Positions 7,842 to 16,500 of a stretch of DNA of 64,000 bases are shown piece after piece (position 1 is the stretch's first letter; every line of letters begins with the position of its first letter). A program made the position numbers and the translations under genes. Source of the stretch: a virus (lineage: Duplodnaviria > Caudoviricetes). The stretch lies in IMG/VR virus record IMGVR_UViG_3300029305_003884, positions 64,001 to 128,000 of that record; one strand, 5' to 3'. The notes beneath the pieces are model-generated. The model was not told the DNA's origin and did no database searches. It saw only the letters and a program-made list of their open reading frames with translations.

Positions 7842-8537
7842 ATGAATCTATTTGAATCGGAAATCAGCAAGCTAAAACTCAGCCCGACGGCAAAAGAGAC
7901 CATCATTCAACTGCGAAAGATATGTCTTGAATCGGAGAACGACGAACAATTCGGAGAAGAAGAAGGTGCAAAGAACGATGTCAGCAACCGTCGTCATTTT
8001 GCCAATGAAAACAATCCTGACACCCGCCCGACTGATGAAGTAAATACTCTTCCAGATATATGGGGATTCGGTCCCCTGTCCGACATAGAAGGTGAAGAAA
8101 ACAAGGTAGACTACAAGAAGATTGACGAGGCCAAACAGCTATTTCTGCACCAAGGTGGACATTCTAAAATAGTGAGCCGCCTTCTGGAGTTTTTAGATGA
8201 AGAATGGCGTTCCAGCGGCGTCGAAGTCACCGGCGTGGACGAATATGACCCGAACGAAGATAATTTCCCGAGAGCCCACATCCACTGCGATGTAGGAGAC
8301 CACCATATCGAAATAGATGTTAGGATTAATTCCAACGAAGGCCTCCTTTCATACGTCATGTGGGATGAGGACAGACGTCGAAATCTGAATGTCCTCCTGT
8401 GTGAATATAGGGATGTCGACCCGAGTACATTGGAAGACCGTTACGAACTATCCAAGAAATACTCTCTTGATAACATCGACGAAATGCTCGAAGACATCTC
8501 GACGGACATTTCATCAATCTTTATCTGGGGTATATAA
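7842..8537 (+). CDS. Acidic late protein with the shared N-terminal leader (candidate internal head protein)
   Basis: Late box TATAAACCA at 7809-7817 places the start at 7842; leader aligns with the genes at 21970 and 25666. Confidence 0.6.
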   Translation: MNLFESEISKLKLSPTAKETIIQLRKICLESENDEQFGEEEGAKNDVSNRRHFANENNPDTRPTDEVNTLPDIWGFGPLSDIEGEENKVDYKKIDEAKQLFLHQGGHSKIVSRLLEFLDEEWRSSGVEVTGVDEYDPNEDNFPRAHIHCDVGDHHIEIDVRINSNEGLLSYVMWDEDRRRNLNVLLCEYRDVDPSTLEDRYELSKKYSLDNIDEMLEDISTDISSIFIWGI

Positions 8538-8584
8538 AAAAGCCCCGCCGTATTTCTACGACGGGACAACTCAGGGAGAAAATA

Positions 8585-9097
8585 CTAGGCTTCGATGTAT
8601 GTCCCCTGGTCTTCCTTCGGGATTAGCTTCAATGCCTCCCTACTAGGAAGATTGGACATTGTACGTCGAATCTTTTCGAACTTTCTGGTCTCGATATCCT
8701 TGAATTGCGGATACCAACGCTTCTTGCTTCCCAGTTTCTTACGATAGAACTGGTGAAGGACGTTGATATAGCAGAATAGCGGGAACAGGGCCTTCTCGGC
8801 CTCCTTCGTGACATCGAACTCCACCTGCGGGAATGTCTTGGCCAGCTTGTCGACTGCGGTGTCGGTCAGCATAAGGAACTTGTACTTCCATGGGTAGGAG
8901 AATACATCGTCATTGAACTCGACTCCACGCATGCTGAACTTGCCATACTGGTTCACTCGAAGAACGGCGGTGCTGAACTCGGTAAAGTTCATGTAAAAGC
9001 CGCCAGGGAAATTGTGGTCGTCAACAATCTCTACCGTGACCCCCGCCTTCGACTGTAATTCCTGAGCCAGCTTGTCTAGGAAATCCTTGATATTCAT
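8585..9097 (-). CDS. Hypothetical protein
   Basis: ORF track 8585..9115; start MNIKD at 9097 preferred. Confidence 0.6.
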   Translation of the reverse strand: MNIKDFLDKLAQELQSKAGVTVEIVDDHNFPGGFYMNFTEFSTAVLRVNQYGKFSMRGVEFNDDVFSYPWKYKFLMLTDTAVDKLAKTFPQVEFDVTKEAEKALFPLFCYINVLHQFYRKKLGSKKRWYPQFKDIETRKFEKIRRTMSNLPSREALKLIPKEDQGTYIEA

Positions 9098-9105
9098 TGG
9101 ACTAC

Positions 9106-9660
9106 CTACTTGCATTCGTAAGGAACGATATCGGAAAGATTGTCGCTTTCCTTGGCCGGGATGAGCATCGGATAGATGGCATCAAATATGTAGATTGCTG
9201 AATCGCCAATGATGTCAGGGCACTGTTCTGCAGGAACCATCGCAATATCGATTTCAATCTTTTCCTTCATGAACGTGTTGAGCTCAGCATCGTTATCCCT
9301 CTGACGTTCAAGGGCTTCCTTGTAACGGTCAGCAAGGTCAGTCTGCAGCTTTGTAAACTCTGCGTTCTTTTCAGGCGGAAGAGCCATAACAGCGGCTTCG
9401 AATTCCCTGATGTTCACAAGAGGAGGCAGACCAAAGGTCTTGGCGATTTCACCAAGTTCACTGGTATACTTCATGTAATCATCGTCAGGTTTGAAGGCAT
9501 CAATCATGCTCGAAACTTCCTTGTCGGTCGTCTCGATATTCTTGTGCATTGCATATCTGAACGTGCTGCTAATACGTCCAGTAAACAACTTTTCGCCGAT
9601 AGCCCTCTTGAAGGCCTGGTTCATGTCAAAAATGGCTTGGTGGGTCAGTAATCTTTTCAT
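9106..9660 (-). CDS. Hypothetical helical protein
   Basis: Clean ORF with upstream AAATGTATATT element. Confidence 0.65.
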   Translation of the reverse strand: MKRLLTHQAIFDMNQAFKRAIGEKLFTGRISSTFRYAMHKNIETTDKEVSSMIDAFKPDDDYMKYTSELGEIAKTFGLPPLVNIREFEAAVMALPPEKNAEFTKLQTDLADRYKEALERQRDNDAELNTFMKEKIEIDIAMVPAEQCPDIIGDSAIYIFDAIYPMLIPAKESDNLSDIVPYECK

Positions 9661-9714
9661 ATGAGTCCCGTTTTAATGTTACTTGCTTATATAATATACA
9701 TTTATTTTGTCTTA

Positions 9715-11949
9715 CTAGGAATTTAACGTACTGCAACTTCCAATAGTCGAGAACAAGCCGTTGTTTTCAATGTTCAGCTTGTAGTCGAACAGGTCCTGAA
9801 TGATGGCTTCACGGTGAGTTACGGCAAAAATGCTCGGAGTTTGCTTGGTTCTCGTACGGACAAGCGACACCATGTCCCTGAGGGCGACATCATCCGTGGA
9901 AACATCCAGGATTTCATCGAGGAACAGGCAGTTAATCTTGAAGTTGGCCACACGGAAGACAAAGTCACAGAACGCCATGGCGACCGCAAAGTTAACCTTA
10001 CGCTTCTGACCCTGGGACAGCATTTCGTAGCAGGGGGCGGCACCGTACACGGATTCGAACTTGTAGTCCATGCTCTTGTCGAACGTGATGTTGTACGGTA
10101 GGTTGAAGCGGCGAAGGTTGCTTTCTATCGCCTGGTTGAAGAACGGTACGAACATCTTGATAACATAAGATTTCAAACCGTCGTCCGAACACATATAGGA
10201 AATGTACTTGCAGATGGCAATCTTGTCCGAATAATCCTTGATAGAGGCGGTAACCCCTTCAAGCTCCTTCTGCAACTCGAGCAGATGCGCTTCGGAGTCC
10301 TTCAATGCCTTATCGTCATTACTGCTTTCTTCCTTCTGGATTGTAGCCTTCAACGAATTGATGTTGAGGTTGACCTGATTCAATGCGCTAGCCGCCTGGA
10401 AATACTTTTCCCTCGCCTGCGAAGCTTCCTCAACGACAGAACCATTAGAGTTAATCCAGTTGGTCAAATCAGTCTGCTTCTGAACCAGTTCGTTAATCTC
10501 AGACTGGACTTTCTGGAAATCGTTACCGAAACGGTAGGCATTCGTCGTCAGAGAGGCAAGCCTCGACTTAGCCGCAATCAACTGACCATTGATAGGTCCG
10601 TAAACAGTAGCCTGAAACTGGTTGTATGCCTGGATGTTGCCATTAAGCTCGTTAATCTGCGTATCAAGCGACGTATCGGAAACCTGAACTGACAACTCAG
10701 CCAACTCCTTCTTCTTGGCTTCATTGTCGTTCAGGATAGCAAGCTGTTCGGAGCGAAGACTACGCCACTGTTCTCGATAGGCTTCCTTGACGTGTTCAAC
10801 GTCAGCTTCGGTCGACGGCTTGCCACAGGTCGGGCAAGGTACTCCAGCCTTGACCGATGTAGCCTTATCGGTAACCTCTTTCATCTTCGTCTGATACGAC
10901 ATGATTTGTCGTTCGTTGGAAGCGATGGTTGAATTGAGGACGTTAATCTGGCTAATCATCCCGTTCTTTTTCGCAATAATTTCATTCAGTTTTGCCTGAG
11001 TTTCACTGATTTTGTAAGCTTCCGACTGCGTAGCAGCCTGTGCAAGCTCCGAAGTAAGGTCTTCGACATTCTTCGTTTCCTTATCGATGTCAGCAAAGAG
11101 GGTGAGGCAAGAAGACATGTCGTTGACCTTTGTCATGACATTCCGCAACTCGGCCTGAGCCTTGTTATACTCACCAGCCTTGCGTTCAGCTTCATCCTTG
11201 GTAATCGCTGCCGATTCAGCACTCTGACTCAACGAAGGGAACGTCGCTTCAAGCTCGGATAACTGACGCTTCAATTCATCAATCTGTTCGTGCTTTTTAG
11301 CCTTCAAGGTGGAAATCATGTTGTTGGTGTAGTTGATATCCGCCGTGATTCTATCCACGGAATTCTTTGCGATATCGAACTGCATGTTAGATTCGCTGAG
11401 AACCTTGTTGTTGGCCTGCTTCCACTTGTCAGTAGAAAGCGAAATCGTATTCTCGATAAGTTTCCTTTCCTTGTCCGCAGGAAGTTCAAGGAACGGGATT
11501 GTTTCCTGGCTGTTCATCGCAACCACAGTCTGGTACAATGCGATGGACGGGCCGAGAACTCGGTTTTCGAAGTCCTGCTGCGTCATCCCAGCACGTTTCA
11601 ACTGCTCCTGCCCGTCAATCCATATCGTAAAACTCGTCTTGAGGCTCTTGGCCTTCATACGGCGTTCGATATGGTATTCATGCTTACCAGTTCCAGTATC
11701 GACATCAAAGTCGAGCGTCACAAGCATGTCTGCGTTCGTGTTCTCCGTATTCTTCAAGTCACTCTGGTTTCCGCCACGGTAGGACTTCCCGTAAAGAACA
11801 AAGGTCAACGCCTCGACAATACTGGATTTTCCGTATCCGTTAGGGGCGCTCAGGTAAATGAGACCAGGTTTAAACTCGACAACATTGTCAATGTCGCCGT
11901 AGGACATGAAATTTCTGAAAATAAGCTTCTTGAACGTAATATCATGCAT
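9715..11949 (-). CDS. gp46: gp46/SbcC/Rad50-like recombination ATPase
   Basis: Walker A PNGYGKSS, coiled coils, CPTC zinc hook, LSQGQ signature, Walker B LFLDE, TH loop. Confidence 0.92.
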   Translation of the reverse strand: MHDITFKKLIFRNFMSYGDIDNVVEFKPGLIYLSAPNGYGKSSIVEALTFVLYGKSYRGGNQSDLKNTENTNADMLVTLDFDVDTGTGKHEYHIERRMKAKSLKTSFTIWIDGQEQLKRAGMTQQDFENRVLGPSIALYQTVVAMNSQETIPFLELPADKERKLIENTISLSTDKWKQANNKVLSESNMQFDIAKNSVDRITADINYTNNMISTLKAKKHEQIDELKRQLSELEATFPSLSQSAESAAITKDEAERKAGEYNKAQAELRNVMTKVNDMSSCLTLFADIDKETKNVEDLTSELAQAATQSEAYKISETQAKLNEIIAKKNGMISQINVLNSTIASNERQIMSYQTKMKEVTDKATSVKAGVPCPTCGKPSTEADVEHVKEAYREQWRSLRSEQLAILNDNEAKKKELAELSVQVSDTSLDTQINELNGNIQAYNQFQATVYGPINGQLIAAKSRLASLTTNAYRFGNDFQKVQSEINELVQKQTDLTNWINSNGSVVEEASQAREKYFQAASALNQVNLNINSLKATIQKEESSNDDKALKDSEAHLLELQKELEGVTASIKDYSDKIAICKYISYMCSDDGLKSYVIKMFVPFFNQAIESNLRRFNLPYNITFDKSMDYKFESVYGAAPCYEMLSQGQKRKVNFAVAMAFCDFVFRVANFKINCLFLDEILDVSTDDVALRDMVSLVRTRTKQTPSIFAVTHREAIIQDLFDYKLNIENNGLFSTIGSCSTLNS

Positions 11950-11965
11950 AGGACGCTAACCAATA

Positions 11966-12547
11966 CTAGAAGTTAAAGGTGATGTCGAAGGTATATCCAG
12001 AGGTGAGATAGTCAGCCTTCGGAAGCACAGCGTAGTAACCAAGGCAAAGGTCAACCTTGCCGAGCATATAGACCACGCCAGCATAAGGTTCCCACGAATT
12101 GTCAGTATCGACAGTGGAGCCACCATAAAGGATAATGTCGGAGAGCAGGAGGTAATCGAGTTCGGCACCAAAACGGCTAACCTTGGTATCGGTATCAAAC
12201 AGGTATTCACCACCGATGCTAAACTTACCGATATCCTTGTAGCCATGGATAAACGGACGAACGCTAGTTTCAGTCAGCTCAACACCGACAGCGGCAACGT
12301 CATAGATGTCAGTCCTTACCGACATGCTGGAAACTTCCCCAGCATAGAGGGATGCGGCGATTTCGACATTGCCCTTGATAATTGCACGGAAATTTTCATA
12401 ATGGGCGGCGCTTTCTGCTTCATGGTCGAAGGAAACGCCTGTACGGAACTGGGCCGTACCACCCGAGGACGGATTGAACCAGTCCCAGCCTCCTGCGAAC
12501 GCCACGGAGGAAAGCATAAATGCGAGAATGAGTATGAGTTTTTTCAT
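11966..12547 (-). CDS. Secreted outer-membrane beta-barrel-like protein
   Basis: Sec signal peptide (MKKLILILAFMLSSVAFA), alternating amphipathic strands, C-terminal YTFDITFNF ending in Phe. Confidence 0.65.
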   Translation of the reverse strand: MKKLILILAFMLSSVAFAGGWDWFNPSSGGTAQFRTGVSFDHEAESAAHYENFRAIIKGNVEIAASLYAGEVSSMSVRTDIYDVAAVGVELTETSVRPFIHGYKDIGKFSIGGEYLFDTDTKVSRFGAELDYLLLSDIILYGGSTVDTDNSWEPYAGVVYMLGKVDLCLGYYAVLPKADYLTSGYTFDITFNF

Positions 12548-12589
12548 GTTGATATCCTTTTTTGATGGTTTTTGTTTATAGATATCAAC

Positions 12590-12618
12590 AATATAGTAAC
12601 AAGATTGACAGTTGTCAA
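12590..12618 (-). promoter_or_regulatory. Sigma70-type promoter TTGACA-N17-TATATT (omp-gp46 operon)
   Basis: Reverse complement reads ttgaca-actgtcaatcttgttac-tatatt. Confidence 0.7.
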
Positions 12619-12620
12619 GC

Positions 12621-13556
12621 TTATTCTAGCAGATTGATTGATTTGGTCAATGTCATCAACTTATTTTCGTTACAGATAATCGGGCTCATGAAGATTGCCG
12701 TGTTCCCGAACGTGACCCTTTTCCACGGGAATGATGACTGAGCGATGGGAAACGGCCTCAACGAGATGATAACAAATGGATTGTAGGCGTTCTCCTTGGC
12801 CAGGTCGAGAACCTGAATGTTCTTGGAAAGTTCGATATTCACGTACGGGCCGTTTGCCGATACAACCTTGGCATATCCAGGGGTACCGTCACTGCGTAGG
12901 AGAATGGTCGGCCTCGTCTTCGGTCTGGAGAATGATGCAAACAGGGTCGTTGCCTGGGACTGGATTATCCTCAGGTAGTTCTCCATGTTGAAGTATCCTA
13001 TCGGGAGGGTACTCTTATCCAGCAACCCAGCCAGAATGTTCACGTATCTCCTGATGAGAGGCTGGTACATCTTGCCATTATCGTAATCTAATCTACTTAG
13101 CAAAGCATTGATAGCCTCGACATCCCTGACCTGGGAACTCGAAAGCATGATGTGGTTGCCAGCGGAATCGGTGATGGTATTCATTGTCGCATAGTTAAGC
13201 GCACGGAACGGACCGAGATACACCTTGTCCCCGAGTTTGATACGGGAGTTCTCGAAGAAGTTAAGCCCGTCAAGGATGGTCTTGAACATTTCCTTGTCCA
13301 GGTTACCCTTGTGCTTGATGTCCAGCTTTACCGAATCGTTCATGACGTAGTAGGAAAGGTTGCTGTACCCGTTTATGCGTACCGCCTTGACCTTAGCACC
13401 GTTGGCGTTCGTAAACTCGATGGGCGACGTAGTGACATAACTGGCCAGACCAGCGCCGCTACCAAGGCCAAGCGCCTTGGCTACGTCAAGGTAATCCCTT
13501 GACGCATCAGGGGTGTAGATGTATTGAGTGTTGTCATTTTTTATCTGGACTATCAT
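12621..13556 (-). CDS. Hypothetical late protein, possibly structural
   Basis: ATGA-coupled to the gp25 fusion gene. Confidence 0.6.
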   Translation of the reverse strand: MIVQIKNDNTQYIYTPDASRDYLDVAKALGLGSGAGLASYVTTSPIEFTNANGAKVKAVRINGYSNLSYYVMNDSVKLDIKHKGNLDKEMFKTILDGLNFFENSRIKLGDKVYLGPFRALNYATMNTITDSAGNHIMLSSSQVRDVEAINALLSRLDYDNGKMYQPLIRRYVNILAGLLDKSTLPIGYFNMENYLRIIQSQATTLFASFSRPKTRPTILLRSDGTPGYAKVVSANGPYVNIELSKNIQVLDLAKENAYNPFVIISLRPFPIAQSSFPWKRVTFGNTAIFMSPIICNENKLMTLTKSINLLE

Positions 13557-16500
13557 GAATCATTCCTGAATGTAAGCTCAATCTTTCTTGCAATACCACG
13601 AGGTACCTTGATGTAAAGGACGATGACAACCGTGTTGTCCTCGTTGATGGCAACATAGCTCTTGTCCTCGACCACTACCACCCTCGGTTCATACTTGTTG
13701 ATGAGGGTAACGCACTGGTTCAGTAGCTTGGACTCACCATTGAGGTCTCCGATAATATCGAACACGCTCTCCTCCAAGGTAGAACCGAACTCGTCGTCAT
13801 ACAGACGTTCACCAAGGTTGGTTAACAGGATGCTGTACACGTTCTGCATCAGGCTGTTCTCGTCAGCGGTGATGCTGAATGATGCGTAAGCCAAGTCCTT
13901 ATTGTATATCGGTTCGAAGTTCAGGTCATCGAATCGAGAGACGCTGTTCTTTTTCTTGACTATCGACGCCTTTCCGTCCACATCGAGCGGTTTGTCCTGC
14001 TCTTCCTTGGAAACTAGGTTAAGACAAACAGGGTCAGACATGCTACAAGTAATAACATCGCTATTATCGCCTCCGACATCAACCCTCAATTTAATATCAT
14101 TAGCAATGACGCCTGGATTCTTTATAGTAAGCCTTTCACGGTCAGGAGTTCCTGACAAGATGATAGCTGTAATCCATTCCTCTGAATCGGGAAGACAATA
14201 CTCCACAACATTGTTCATGAAATTCTGATTGAACCTCACCGTACTTTCAGGAGCAATCATTATCTCGATGTCTTCATAGGTGTCAAAGGTTGGACACTCC
14301 TCATCATCGGATTTTTTAACAAGTATTATTGGAATATCGCACTCAGTCACGATGACCGTCCTATCAAGGTCAGCAGTGACATGACAGCTATCTTCCGCAG
14401 TGTATCTGATTGTATAACGTCCTGGCTCCTTCCACCACTCTTGATTATCAGTCAATACCTGTGATGTATATGATATTGGCTTGCCCAAACCATCCTCGGC
14501 ATAGATATCCTTCGGTTCAGGTTCAACCCAAGGGGTACCTTTCGCCCACTTTACGGTCTGTAATGACGTGTCAATATAGTATATGATTGGACCAGGGATG
14601 AGAGAAACACTCTTTTCATGTCCCTCAACGTATGGGCGGGTCTTGCTGCCATCCTCTACCCACCTTATACCGAAGCTATGAGTTCCATACTTAGTGGTAA
14701 CCACCTTGATGGATATGTTCGCCGCAGTTACAGAATCTATACTATCTATCGAGAAGTAATTCCAGTTAGTTCCGCACAGTCTCAATTTCAGGTTATCGGT
14801 TTCGTACAGGTTGACTCCACGGTATGCAAGGACATCCCCACTTTTAGTACAACTAAATGCTTTTTGGAATATCACAGGTTCAGTCCAGTTTGCAGTCTGG
14901 TGGAGAGCACCCTCGTTCGTATCGCCTGCCCACACTTCAAGGCGTCCTCCCCTTTGACTAAGTTCATCGTCACTGATAACCAAGTCAAATGTAAAGTTTC
15001 CCCTACCATCATCGCTATGCGAAATTGGACTGATATTTGTGAAATGCGTATAGTCAAGATAGGCGTTGCCAAGCATAGCCCATATTCCAGATACCCCTGG
15101 ATTCTGCGTGCTAGTCGACAAAATACGGTAATCACTATCGGACACTTTAAAGCTCAATGTATGAGTATCACCAGTACTAGAAAATCCCATCAACGTCAAG
15201 TCAATTTTAGTATCGATTACGGTCAAAGGAAGAGCTGTATGGTTTCCAGCAACATCGTATATATCGATTACTGTGCTACGGTTCAGGGTCAGTGTAAGCT
15301 TGATAAACCTAGAGTCATTGCCCCCAAGCAAGTATTCGATATTATAGTTAGACAACGGGTTTCCATCGATGTTATCAATTTCGTTCAAGTCAGAGATGTA
15401 AACATCGAATGGCACATCGACATGGTGTTCCTGTTCGGGAATATAGCATATAGGGGGTTCTTCGTCAATCTGCATGTACAGACGGTTAGCATAATCCGTT
15501 GTACTACAATTAGTATCCTCTATGGTGACCGACGTTACCGTGTTGTACAAAACAACAGGATTACCACCTTCCTCTATGATATCCTCAATGTACTCTACAT
15601 CCTCAGGTGAAAGCGAAACATATGTAGGGGTAAGCCATTCGTATCTGAATATATATGTAGACGAGAGTCTTAACCAGTAGTAGGGACCTTCGCCATCTTC
15701 GACCACGTTGACGACATAATAATTCCTGCCATATACAAGTCCTTCTGGTAGTTCAGCATCTTCTGCTGCATCCGTATTTTCTGTATGCGAGTATTCACCC
15801 GTGTAAACAGCAGCAACAATATCACCAGGCCCACAGAACGGATAATCCGAGGCTTTCACCTTAAATTCAGTAACTCCGTTTTCATCATTACGAATACCGT
15901 AAAGAGGCATTGACCTTTGTAGGTCCAAATGGTCATAGTCGAAATAAGGCTCATCGTTATTCCAACGGAGGGACACTGGAACTCCCCCAGCAGCAATTCC
16001 GTCTTCCCATCTGGGATGACCTAGAACCGCTTTCGCTGTTTCCTTATTCAACTTATCAAAATTAAAGCCCTTCAATATCACCCTGTTATTTGGGCCGACA
16101 TGTGAAAAACGGTCAGTCTCTCTGTCGGTACTTTCTTCCGATGCGACAACAACATCAATATCGGTAAGAATTACAGGATTGACTTCATTCGATTGATTGA
16201 CACCGTTATTATATACGACAGAGAGAGATGGCTTATCGTCAGTAGCTTCATCATGTATAACATCAAACTGGAGGAAACCATCCACATACCCATATTTTCC
16301 ATACCACTCTGGGCCATCTACACCTAGATTAGATGGTTCGTTCTCGGCATCCGTAGCCTTGTACGTAGAAATCATCCTTGAAAGATTCCTGATAATTCCA
16401 CCTTCTTCACCATGGTCGCCTGGGTCCCATTCGTTGTTGTATTTGAAATACACCTTACGTTCACTGTACTCTACATGAAGAACAGTAGCAGTAACCTTCT

